Source: Candidatus Hermodarchaeum yapensis
GTDB lineage: Archaea; Asgardarchaeota; Hermodarchaeia; Hermodarchaeales; Hermodarchaeaceae
Direction: 5' to 3'
NCBI GenBank assembly: GCA_016840405.1
Contig: JAEOSK010000016.1
Coordinates: 1-60,601, forward strand
Length of the DNA: 60,601 nucleotides
Shown here: positions 48,138 to 57,387 of the stretch, in pieces
How positions within the stretch are numbered: the first letter of the stretch is position 1
Layout of the letters: every line of letters starts with the position of its first letter
The notes under the pieces: model-generated
The model's input: the letters and a program-made list of their open reading frames with translations, nothing else
Told to the model about the DNA's origin: nothing
The model's database searches: none
Translations under genes and position numbers: made by a program

Positions 48138-49004
48138 TTATTTGTGTTTTCGTTTGTCCCGACAAAATGTCTCACTACATCGTGGGTTCACCATTATTTG
48201 ACCCGACGCAGCCTGATGTCGATTTAGGTCGTACTTGATAAACCGACCCAAAGCAGGTTCCAAACCGTCTTGCCACTGTCCCGTTTCTCGCCACTGTTTC
48301 AACCCCACAAGAACGCGAACCGCCTCCCAGGCCATTACAGCACCCACCACTGAGGTCACAAAACTAATCATAGGAAATCGCGGAACTGTGTCCACAAAGA
48401 AAGGGTCACATCGTGTCCGTACCTCATTGGCGACAACGTGGTCGACGAAGTCTTTACTCCACGAGCACACAAGACATGCTGTGTGAGGAGGCGCAAGCAC
48501 CTCAACTGAGACAAAATCCTTGCCCATCGCCCCATTAATGAGAGGATGTGGTGGATTAAAGCTGAAATTTTTCGCATTTAGGAGATAGCGTGCATAGTGA
48601 TTATCTACACCAACCAAGACCAGTTGAGTATCCCAGACAGAATCGGGCGCTTGTTGAATAGTCGCTGCGTGAGGTTCGACTACAGTGTTCGTGGCGAGTT
48701 CTGGTAACCGTTCAGCTACCGCCTCCACTTTGAATTTGGCTTCATGGTCTCCTGGGCGGAAAAAGATACAACGATTAAGATTCGATGCAGCAACTTTGTC
48801 CGGATCCACCAAGATAATTTTGCCTACGCCAAGTAATCCAAGGTTTTTACATACCTCATTTCCAACAGCACCAGCGCCTACCATGAGTACTGTAGATTGT
48901 TGGATGGTTTCGAGATTATTAGCTCCCAGCCAGCGACGAGTCCGATCGTGTTGATCTCGCTCGAAAAAACTAAGTTCAATTGGCGTGGGTGATTCCTTAG
49001 TCAT
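48138..49004 (-). CDS. E1-like ubiquitin-activating enzyme (ThiF/MoeB family)
   Basis: VGAGAVGNEVCKNL, DPDKVAASNLNR, VDN, CLVC, candidate catalytic Cys in RTRCD; ATG 49004 overlaps the JAB stop. Confidence 0.92.
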   Translation of the reverse strand: MTKESPTPIELSFFERDQHDRTRRWLGANNLETIQQSTVLMVGAGAVGNEVCKNLGLLGVGKIILVDPDKVAASNLNRCIFFRPGDHEAKFKVEAVAERLPELATNTVVEPHAATIQQAPDSVWDTQLVLVGVDNHYARYLLNAKNFSFNPPHPLINGAMGKDFVSVEVLAPPHTACLVCSWSKDFVDHVVANEVRTRCDPFFVDTVPRFPMISFVTSVVGAVMAWEAVRVLVGLKQWRETGQWQDGLEPALGRFIKYDLNRHQAASGQIMVNPRCSETFCRDKRKHK

Positions 49005-49611
49005 GAGGTTCAGCCTCCTCATCCTGTTGGGTCTCTTCAGAAGTTGGTGTGCTTTCGTCAATTGGTACAGAGGGTTGGTAAGTACACCAGTCTACCTGTT
49101 CGAGTTGAAGACCTGGTTCATCGGGTCGAGGACGAAGCATATAGACTTTGAAAATGCGACTCAACGGGTCAATGAGGAAGAAGATATTACCCTCAGCACA
49201 GAATGGTGTATTGAAGAAAGTGCGTAAATCAGTGGATGAGAACTGCGGGTCGCCACCGAATGGGTGCGAATGCCAGAGCCCTACAACGCGAGGCGTATGT
49301 GGATTAGTCCCATATCGATCATGTAATGCTAAGCGGTATTCTAGAATGCCTTCTGGTGTGAACCGAGCATACGCCATACTTGCTTCAACGCGTCCAGTGG
49401 CCCAATCAGTTACTCGGATGTAATTTTCATCTAGCCATGTACGGCGGAAGCCGAGAATCACCCCGAGCGCTTCACGCGGTGGCTGCCGTATTGCTTCCTG
49501 ATGACAAAAATTGAATATCTCATGGCAGGTCCGTTTATAGACATAAACTGGGTACACTGGTTCATCGATTAATGTATCACTGTTTACCATGGGAATATCT
49601 TGATTTGACAT
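48997..49611 (-). CDS. JAB/MPN+ (JAMM) metalloprotease
   Basis: EALGVILG, VVGLWHSHP...FSSTD, LIDP. Confidence 0.92.
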   Translation of the reverse strand: MSNQDIPMVNSDTLIDEPVYPVYVYKRTCHEIFNFCHQEAIRQPPREALGVILGFRRTWLDENYIRVTDWATGRVEASMAYARFTPEGILEYRLALHDRYGTNPHTPRVVGLWHSHPFGGDPQFSSTDLRTFFNTPFCAEGNIFFLIDPLSRIFKVYMLRPRPDEPGLQLEQVDWCTYQPSVPIDESTPTSEETQQDEEAEPHD

Positions 49612-49715
49612 GAGCCGTTCACACCATTTCACTTGATTATGAATAGTTAAATCCTAGTGATACACCCATATATTTCCAAGCAGTCTATCACAAATGGAAA
49701 GGGAGTTGGATAGCA

Positions 49716-50222
49716 ATGAAACAACCTACAGAAAGCAATCCTAGGGCTCAACAAGGTTGGCGTATAGGATTTGTTCTTCTTTCAGCAGCCATAACCTGTC
49801 TGTTCATAATTGCAATTGTTATCTTAGGAATTTCCCGGCTTACTTATATCCGAGGTGTTTGGGGGTTAGCGATTGGCATTCTCCAATTCTTCAGTCTCTT
49901 TTTCATCTTGATCGTTACGGGGCTGGTGGGAATATGGTACACTATGATCGTGATTTTCAATACTACTCACCCTAAATATCCCCCTGATTATTCTCGATGG
50001 GTAGTTATTGGATTTTTGATGTTCTTCTTAATACTAGGCTGCTGCTGGGCTGAATTGTTTTATTTAGTAGGCATAACAATCCCAAGTGCGACAATACCTG
50101 ATTCCTTTGTAGTAATGGAATGGCTCTTTGTCATGGTGTTTTTTGGAGTCGCTGGATTCTTTTTTGCTGCGATGAGTGCTATCACATGGTGCAAGTGGTT
50201 GAGTCTATCTGTTAAAGAATGA
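49716..50222 (+). CDS. hypothetical membrane protein (about 4 TM)
   Basis: Hydrophobic segments; GGGAG SD. Confidence 0.75.
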   Translation: MKQPTESNPRAQQGWRIGFVLLSAAITCLFIIAIVILGISRLTYIRGVWGLAIGILQFFSLFFILIVTGLVGIWYTMIVIFNTTHPKYPPDYSRWVVIGFLMFFLILGCCWAELFYLVGITIPSATIPDSFVVMEWLFVMVFFGVAGFFFAAMSAITWCKWLSLSVKE

Positions 50223-50259
50223 ATTTCTGCTTCTGATTGAATCTTAGTTGAAAAAATGG

Positions 50260-51738
50260 CTAAAACTGGCTAAGATGAGAGGTATCACCAAGTTTGCTAG
50301 ACCAGGGATAGCGCTCCATGATATTATCTAGTAGGCGACGTAGCTTCGTAACTTCAGATGTATTTGAATAAACTAGAAAGACAACTCGTCCACCACGACT
50401 GCGTTTCATTTTCTGATAAATTGTCTTTGTTGTGTTCACTGTATCACAGATAATGAGTAAATCTGTATCTGGTAAATCCAAGTCACGTTCCCCTACAGGT
50501 GAGAGGATGACCGCAGCGGGGGGTTTGGCTTGCCTGAACTCTGAGAGTAAAGCTTGTTTGTCCATCGTCCGCCCAGTAAGCTGAAAGGTTTGGACTCCTT
50601 TTTCTGTGAGGAGCCTATCGATTTCACTGACAACAGTAAGGTATGAGGAGAGGATTACGGTTTTTTCTGCATTAAGAGCAAGATCTCGGGCTTCGATGGA
50701 TTTCGGTGTAGTTTTGGGCCAATCTTGCATCATTCGGTTGACATCGATTTGGGGTTTAATGGTGGGATGATGAAGATACCGTCGAAAACTCTTTGCAGAC
50801 ATGCCGTAGAGATATTTCCGAATCATCAGAAGTCCATTATATTTTTGTCCGAGTTCTTCAGAGATGGGTAGTTCGTGAAGCATCAAGTGGAGTAACCGCG
50901 TGTTCTCGGGAAGTGTTCCGACGGGTTCTTTTGTAGCTTCTCGAACGGTTTCATAGATTTCTTCTCGAGTCGACTGAATTAGGTCATCGAGGACCAATGC
51001 CATTGTCCGGATGACTGGATTCTGGACCGGAGCTGCGTCAAGGATGGTGGGTTTGATGTATTGCTCCAAGTCAGTGCCTACGAGTTCATCCATGCTGATC
51101 AATTCAACATTGGTCAGAAAAGTGGCGAGGGTTTGGAGTTCATCTCGAATTTGAATTTGCGCGTCGTTGAAGATGACGTGGTCGTCACGAAGTGTTCCAC
51201 TAAGCCCAATAATCCAGCGATCTTTAAAGAAGTCCAGGAGGAAGCTCCAGGGTTGGATGAGAACTTGATTATGTCCAACACGACGGAGAATGGTATCTAC
51301 CTCGTTGATGAGGAGTCCTTCGAAATGCTCAGGGCCGAGTTCACCTTTTCGGAGAATATTCGCAAGGACGCGAGCGGTACTAAGAACGACGCGTGAGTCG
51401 CGTAGGAGTTTGACACGTTGGGGTCCACGAACAAATGGTGTGAGGACCCCCAACCCTTCGACACCACCGTATTCTTCCTCGAGATATTGGGCAGTTTCTT
51501 GGAGTGAGGATGAAGAATTGACAGTAATTACAAAACGTGTGGTGGGGAAGAGCTCGGTGACAAGTTTGTAAGTGAGAACGCGTTTTCCAAGCCCGCAATC
51601 TAATTCCACTAGGATGTTGTTGTTGCGATTTTCCTTGACGCGTTTGAGAATGTGCTCTTGATATTGTCGTGTGTCAAATCGGGGGGTGTCGGAATCGCAA
51701 TCCAGTGGTTCTGCGGGGGGAGTAGGTGACATCTTCAC
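50260..51738 (-). CDS. degenerate Hef/FANCM-like SF2 helicase
   Basis: RQYQ, DCGLGKR, INEVD, GLSGT, SPVGERDLDLP, QKMKRSRGG: SF2 motif order with altered catalytic residues. Confidence 0.75.
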   Translation of the reverse strand: MKMSPTPPAEPLDCDSDTPRFDTRQYQEHILKRVKENRNNNILVELDCGLGKRVLTYKLVTELFPTTRFVITVNSSSSLQETAQYLEEEYGGVEGLGVLTPFVRGPQRVKLLRDSRVVLSTARVLANILRKGELGPEHFEGLLINEVDTILRRVGHNQVLIQPWSFLLDFFKDRWIIGLSGTLRDDHVIFNDAQIQIRDELQTLATFLTNVELISMDELVGTDLEQYIKPTILDAAPVQNPVIRTMALVLDDLIQSTREEIYETVREATKEPVGTLPENTRLLHLMLHELPISEELGQKYNGLLMIRKYLYGMSAKSFRRYLHHPTIKPQIDVNRMMQDWPKTTPKSIEARDLALNAEKTVILSSYLTVVSEIDRLLTEKGVQTFQLTGRTMDKQALLSEFRQAKPPAAVILSPVGERDLDLPDTDLLIICDTVNTTKTIYQKMKRSRGGRVVFLVYSNTSEVTKLRRLLDNIMERYPWSSKLGDTSHLSQF

Positions 51739-51756
51739 TTTTCCTATGGCAACGAG

Positions 51757-52434
51757 CTAGATAAGTTGCTCAATTTCTGCAATTGATTTCAGGATGTGAT
51801 TGGCGAAGGGTTTCAAGTCCTCGGTGGTGCCAAAGCCTGTCAGAACCCCTATCGTCACAAAACCAAGATTTTTCGCGGCTTCGAGTTCTCCTGCTGAATC
51901 GCCAACAACCCAGACATCACCTTCAGATTTAACGTCTTGAAGAGCTAGTTGAATGAGTCGGCGCCGGTGTGGAAGAAAGGGAAAAAGTGGGATGCGTTCT
52001 TTCCCTTCTACTTGGGCTAGATCACCTCTTGTGAATATTCGCTCAAAGCACTTATGGAGACCAAATCTATGGATTTCTTGACGGGTTTGATCAATGGCCT
52101 GTCGTGATGTGATTAATCGCATGTGGTTTGTGAGGGGTTGAACCTGTTTGAGGGCTTCAAAGGCGCCAGGGATGACCGTGGATAGCTGCCAGTTAGCAAA
52201 GAAGTAATCACGAAATCCGATGATGTATTGGATGAACTCGCTATCTGAGAGGTGGATGTTTAATCGGTTGAGCAGGTCTCTGGCATCAAATGAATACTTG
52301 TACAAGTCGCGGACTTGCTCGGGAGTCACTTCGTATCCAAGGACCTGGAGTCCGTTGGCGTGGGAGTGTATGGCTCTTTCTCGTGTGTCAAGGAGGGTTC
52401 CATCGAGATCGGATAAGAAAGCCTTCAGCATCAT
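51757..52434 (-). CDS. HAD-family hydrolase
   Basis: DLDGTL, ITS, VGDS, GVLTG. Confidence 0.92.
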   Translation of the reverse strand: MMLKAFLSDLDGTLLDTRERAIHSHANGLQVLGYEVTPEQVRDLYKYSFDARDLLNRLNIHLSDSEFIQYIIGFRDYFFANWQLSTVIPGAFEALKQVQPLTNHMRLITSRQAIDQTRQEIHRFGLHKCFERIFTRGDLAQVEGKERIPLFPFLPHRRRLIQLALQDVKSEGDVWVVGDSAGELEAAKNLGFVTIGVLTGFGTTEDLKPFANHILKSIAEIEQLI

Positions 52435-52498
52435 TGTCGATGGTGGAAAAGGAGGTTTAGTCTTGTTATAAGGTTGACTATGGCTTTGGTAAAAGTGA

Positions 52499-53179
52499 TT
52501 AGAGAAGTGTGGAAAAATCAGCGATGGAATCGAGGATATGTGAACAGAAAGGTTCCAAGTCTTGTTTTGTGGAGAACCCGGTTAAGACACCTACAGTTGT
52601 GGCATTGAGCTTTTGAGCTGTTTGCATTTCAACGGTTGAGTCCCCGATAACCCAGATATCATCTTGATTGTCAAGATCAGCAATAGCTAGTTTGATGAGA
52701 CGTTGTCGATGTTCAAAGAAGGGGTATAATGGAACCTCATTAACTCCATCTACCCGTGCAAGGTCACCCCGCGTAAATACATGGTGATCAAAGACTTGGT
52801 CAAGTCCAAAGAATTCGACTTCGCGTCGTGTTTCTTCTACCCAAGCTCGAGATGTAATTAGTCGTAGGGCATCTACTCGTGGACGGACCGCTTTCAGGAC
52901 TTCGATGGTGCCGGGAAATACAAAGGAGTGTTGCCAGCCTTTGTAGAATTCTTCTTCAATTCGAGAGAAATATTGGACGAGTTTGTCTGGGGTCATGGAG
53001 ATATCGAGACCGCCTAGGAAGTTCGCATAATCCATGGCAAAGGCCAATTGCATGAGGGGGGAAACTTGGTCAACGGTCACTGTATAGCCACAGCTTGCTA
53101 GGGCATTGACTTGTGCGTGAGCAAATCGATTGCGAACATCTAGAATTGTTCCATCAAGATCAGAAACGATGATTGGCAC
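52499..53179 (-). CDS. HAD-family hydrolase (tandem paralog)
   Basis: DLDGTI, ITS, IGDS, GVLTG; shares the FTRGDLA insert with its neighbour. Confidence 0.92.
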   Translation of the reverse strand: MPIIVSDLDGTILDVRNRFAHAQVNALASCGYTVTVDQVSPLMQLAFAMDYANFLGGLDISMTPDKLVQYFSRIEEEFYKGWQHSFVFPGTIEVLKAVRPRVDALRLITSRAWVEETRREVEFFGLDQVFDHHVFTRGDLARVDGVNEVPLYPFFEHRQRLIKLAIADLDNQDDIWVIGDSTVEMQTAQKLNATTVGVLTGFSTKQDLEPFCSHILDSIADFSTLL

Positions 53180-53198
53180 GCCGATAGCCGCTCCTCGA

Positions 53199-54560
53199 TT
53201 AGACGGGCGCTTTGGGTATGAATCCGTTATCCATTAATGATTGGGTTACATCGATGGAGCGTTTAATAATCTTGGTTGCGTGTTTGAGTAGTTCGGCTTC
53301 TTCCCATTCTTTCCGGGCTACCCCTTGTTCAATGGCTTTCATGCCGACAGCAGTTGCTTCCCGTGGGTAGAGTTCCCATTCTTCCATACCGGGAATCACA
53401 TAGTCATCGCGAAGCCCACGTTCTTCCGCAATGTCAGCAAGAGCCTGAGCGGCAGCAATGCACATTTCATCTGTGATTGTTGTTGCTTGGACATCCAATG
53501 CACCACGGAAAATCGCTGGGAACCCTAAGCTGTTATTGATTTGGTTGTCAAAATCAGATCGGCCAGTTCCAACAACTTTTGCTCCGGCTTCTTTTGCTTC
53601 CCATGGCCAAATTTCAGGGAGGGGATTTGCACAGGCAAAGACAATGGAATCTGAAGCCATGGTTTTAACCCATTCTTTCTTTATCAAACCCGGTTTAGGA
53701 GCAGACGCGGAAATGCACACATCCGCGCCACGGAGGGCTTCACCAAAATCTCCGGACCGCTGTTCCTTATTAGTTAAAATTGCCAAGTCATACTTTTCGT
53801 GTTCATCATCTTTCATTTGCTTCAGATCTTCACGGCTCTTGTAGAGTAACCCTTTACGATCGCAGAGTATGAGATTTCCTGGCGGTACACCAGCTTCCAT
53901 GAGAATTTCCGCCGTGGTGGTATTTGCAGCTCCAACACCATGCATTGCAATCTGCACTTGATCTAATTCTTTTCCTACATGCCGTAGGGCTCCAAGAAGT
54001 CCAGCTAGTATGATGGCAGCTGTACCCTGCGCATCATCATGCCAAACTGGGATGTTCATATCCGTTCGTAACCGATGAAGAATGTTGAAGCACTTTGGTT
54101 TCGAAATGTCCTCAAGATTGATTCCCCCAAAACTCGGTTGGAGAAGTTTGGTCGCTCGGATGAAATTCTCAGGATCTTGTGTGTTTAGGCAGATGGGAAC
54201 AGCATCGACACCACCAAGGTATTTGAAAATGAGGGCTTTTCCTTCCATAACTGGACCAGCTGCTTCAGGTCCAATATTCCCTAATCCTAGAACCCGGCTT
54301 CCGTCTGTAACAACGGCAATCATGTTGGCTTTGTTGGTGTGCTCCCAGACTTTTTCGGGATGTTTTTGAATGTCACGACAGGCAGCAGCAACACCTGGCG
54401 TATACCATATAGCGAAGTCATCAAATCCGCGAATTATACATTTAGGGATGGTCTGGATTTTTCCTTTGTAATAAGGATGGAGTTTTAGGGCGTCTTTGGC
54501 GGGTTGTTTAGCCTTTTCGAGGAGTTCTTCTTTTGTGGGTGGTCGTTCAGCTTGGGTCAT
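53199..54560 (-). CDS. NAD(P)-dependent malic enzyme
   Basis: YTPGVA, VLGLGNIG, PVMEGK, INLEDI, HDDAQGT, ANPLPEI, NQINN. Confidence 0.96.
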   Translation of the reverse strand: MTQAERPPTKEELLEKAKQPAKDALKLHPYYKGKIQTIPKCIIRGFDDFAIWYTPGVAAACRDIQKHPEKVWEHTNKANMIAVVTDGSRVLGLGNIGPEAAGPVMEGKALIFKYLGGVDAVPICLNTQDPENFIRATKLLQPSFGGINLEDISKPKCFNILHRLRTDMNIPVWHDDAQGTAAIILAGLLGALRHVGKELDQVQIAMHGVGAANTTTAEILMEAGVPPGNLILCDRKGLLYKSREDLKQMKDDEHEKYDLAILTNKEQRSGDFGEALRGADVCISASAPKPGLIKKEWVKTMASDSIVFACANPLPEIWPWEAKEAGAKVVGTGRSDFDNQINNSLGFPAIFRGALDVQATTITDEMCIAAAQALADIAEERGLRDDYVIPGMEEWELYPREATAVGMKAIEQGVARKEWEEAELLKHATKIIKRSIDVTQSLMDNGFIPKAPV

Positions 54561-54748
54561 TTCTTTGCATCTCGAAATTGAATTCTTCCCCCTCAGTTGG
54601 GGTTTGAATGGTTAGGAGAGAGTATTAAGTGTGTTTCTCATCTTCGAGGTTTGAAAACGGTGAATTCGTGGAAAGTTACACCTGTAGTAACTATTTCAAG
54701 GAGAAAGCACCATAATTGGATTCAAGTTCTTTTGCATGAGGGTCTTAG

Positions 54749-56569
54749 ATGGTATCAGTGAGAAAGAAGGCCATGGACGTTTTTGGCATTCCCGACTTAA
54801 TGTTGTTAGACGTATCACATGATGGAAAATTTCTGTTAGCTGTGAGTAATAAGGAAAATGTCCATCAGGTTTACCAAATTCCTGTGAATAACCCGGATAA
54901 GTGGAAAGCAATAACCTCGGGTGAAGACCGCGTTTTATCTGGGTCGTTATTCAAAGATGATTCACGATTTCTGTTTCCGAAAGCAACCGGAGGCAGTGAA
55001 AAACACGACCTATATGTATATGATTTTTCGACAAGAAAAACGTCGATTCTACAAGAATTAGATTCGATCCGTATCTACGAAACAAAATGGACACCAGATA
55101 ACTTCATTCTTTATGACGGGTCCTCTCCAACAGCTATTGGTCTCTGGAAATATGACTTTTCAGACAAGTCCATTTCGTCATTGTACCAAACAAAACAGTT
55201 GGCAGGGATGGGACCTCTAAACCCAAAAAAGCCCCTCGTCACTTGGATGGAATACCGCGAAGGATCCCGAACATCTACAGTCATGAAAACGATTAATTAC
55301 AAGACAGGTAAAGTCATTGATACGATATTTGCGTCGGGCACGAGCTTTGATAGTCCCTGGGTGTGGGATGAAACGGGGGAAAACCTAATTTTTTCGACCA
55401 ATGCACAAGGTGAACCAACACTGGCGGTTTGGAACTGGAAAAACAAGAACATTCACTATCTCAGAGCAACGGAAATGGGACTCGCCCTCGATTATGCGGA
55501 TGTCAAATGGATTCCTAAAACTAAAGAGATTCTCTATGCAGCGAAAAAAGATGGGCAAACAAAATTATTCCGTGAGACTATAGATGCGTCAACACCACCA
55601 GTCGAACTGCCTATAATGACAGGGTGGGTCAGCGCAATCAGGATAAATAAGAAAACTAAACGGATTTTCCTTGCTTGGTCGACTTTTGATACACCAACGC
55701 AGATAGGGGAATACTTACCTGAAACCGGGAAGTTCAAAGTTCTGGTAAAATCCAAACCTAAGGCTATCAGGAAATTATCGAAAGGTGAATTTGTACATTA
55801 TCCAACCTTCGATAGATTGTCTATTCCCGCGTTTGATATACCACCGAATGAAGATGCACCGGAATTACCGGGAAATCCTATCATTGTGCTAGTTCATGGA
55901 GGACCCTCTTGGGAGTTCTCTCATGATTGGATGGCTATGGGTTCGGTTATTCAAGCCTATGCCGCTTCTGGATTTCGCGTCTTTTGCCCCAATATCCGAG
56001 GTAGCACGGGATATGGACGGGAATTCTATGAAGCCAACATTCTGGATTTGGGTGGGGCAGATCTTAAAGACGTGATAGCAGCTCGAGACCATCTAATGAA
56101 GAAGTATCCACGTACCAAGAAGATACTCTTAACAGGGGCTAGTTATGGGGGTTTTACGACTTTTCTGGGTATGACGAAATATCCCGGACGCTTTGATGCC
56201 GGAGCAGCGATTGTCGGGATAACTGATTGGTTTGAGATGCACAGACAGGGTGATGCAGTGTTCAAGGCATTCACTGAACACTTCTTTGGAAAACCCGAAG
56301 AAAATGAAGCACTTTACAAAGACCGGTCGGCGATTAATTTCATAGATCAGCTCCAAGAACCGCTAATGATAATTCATCGAGCGAACGATTCAAGATGCCC
56401 AGTGGAACCCATCTACACTTTTATGGGGAAGGGCATTGCCTTGGGCAAGCAGGTTGAGATTTTCGTTGAAAAGGAAGCAGGGCATGGACATCAAAAACTA
56501 GAGCATCTGCAACAACAATATGGAAAAGCTATTGAATTCTTCTTAAGGCAAGTCAAGCAGAAGGAGTAA
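54749..56569 (+). CDS. S9 family (acylaminoacyl/prolyl oligo)peptidase
   Basis: Propeller N-terminus; HGGP, RGSTGYG, GASYGG, DSRC, GHG. Confidence 0.93.
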   Translation: MVSVRKKAMDVFGIPDLMLLDVSHDGKFLLAVSNKENVHQVYQIPVNNPDKWKAITSGEDRVLSGSLFKDDSRFLFPKATGGSEKHDLYVYDFSTRKTSILQELDSIRIYETKWTPDNFILYDGSSPTAIGLWKYDFSDKSISSLYQTKQLAGMGPLNPKKPLVTWMEYREGSRTSTVMKTINYKTGKVIDTIFASGTSFDSPWVWDETGENLIFSTNAQGEPTLAVWNWKNKNIHYLRATEMGLALDYADVKWIPKTKEILYAAKKDGQTKLFRETIDASTPPVELPIMTGWVSAIRINKKTKRIFLAWSTFDTPTQIGEYLPETGKFKVLVKSKPKAIRKLSKGEFVHYPTFDRLSIPAFDIPPNEDAPELPGNPIIVLVHGGPSWEFSHDWMAMGSVIQAYAASGFRVFCPNIRGSTGYGREFYEANILDLGGADLKDVIAARDHLMKKYPRTKKILLTGASYGGFTTFLGMTKYPGRFDAGAAIVGITDWFEMHRQGDAVFKAFTEHFFGKPEENEALYKDRSAINFIDQLQEPLMIIHRANDSRCPVEPIYTFMGKGIALGKQVEIFVEKEAGHGHQKLEHLQQQYGKAIEFFLRQVKQKE

Positions 56570-56575
56570 GGAGCT

Positions 56576-57163
56576 CTAAACGGCTAGCGAGCTCACCTGT
56601 TGTGCATCTGCTGTAATTAGGCGATTCCACATCAAAGAGCTGATTGTGTCAAATACTTCAATTACGTTATAGCCTTCTTTGGAGCTAGTCTCTATAAAAC
56701 CCGCAAGAGAGTTGGTTTGGGCATAACGCAGCCCTTCGTCAGATGGGTATTTGGCTGCATCACGTTTGGTGGCAACCAAGAGAATAGGAATGTCGGCGGT
56801 ATTTTCTCGAACAAGCGTTAACCAGTCATCGAGATGATAGAAGGTTGGCGGTCGAGTTAAGTCAAAAGCAAGAATACACCCAAGAGCGCCTCGACAATAG
56901 CTTGGCATCAGAAACCGAAATCGCTCTTCACCAGCAAAATCCCAGATTGCGAGTGTAATTACCACGCCTTCCATTTCGATATCGCGTGTTGCAAAACCTG
57001 AACCAACAGTCATTCGTTGGTCAAGATAGTTTCCTGTCAAATAGCGATGGATAAGAGTAGTTTTACCAACGCCTCCATCCCCTACTACAATTAGCTTTAA
57101 TACTGCTTTACGAGTTGGGCTTCCATCTCCTGAAGAGACCCATCCTATCAGGTTTGGCTGCAA
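56576..57163 (-). CDS. Rab-like small GTPase (Ras superfamily)
   Basis: GDGGVGKT, TVG, WDFAGEERF, ATKRD, ETSSK. Confidence 0.93.
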   Translation of the reverse strand: MQPNLIGWVSSGDGSPTRKAVLKLIVVGDGGVGKTTLIHRYLTGNYLDQRMTVGSGFATRDIEMEGVVITLAIWDFAGEERFRFLMPSYCRGALGCILAFDLTRPPTFYHLDDWLTLVRENTADIPILLVATKRDAAKYPSDEGLRYAQTNSLAGFIETSSKEGYNVIEVFDTISSLMWNRLITADAQQVSSLAV

Positions 57164-57387
57164 TACGTCTCACTACCCTTCCCTGTTGTTTTCCATTGAG
57201 ACTGGGGAGTAGAGTGTTATGTGTTACCCGCTGGATTGTTTTCAGTCCCCATCGTTCCTCAACGGAACAGGTAAAAGCTATTCGAGGAATACAAGTAATT
57301 GCTGGCTAGGTCCTTCTTAAAGCTACTCTCAAAATATCTCCAAGAGCGTCTTCTGTTGCGGTTTTCTCTACTCAAAGAAGTCATTTT

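Noticed and set aside
48138-49611. E1 and JAB as a ThiF/MoeB sulfur-transfer or CBASS module
   Set aside because: No thiamine/molybdopterin genes, rhodanese or cyclase nearby; a separate E2 and RING-like proteins favour protein conjugation
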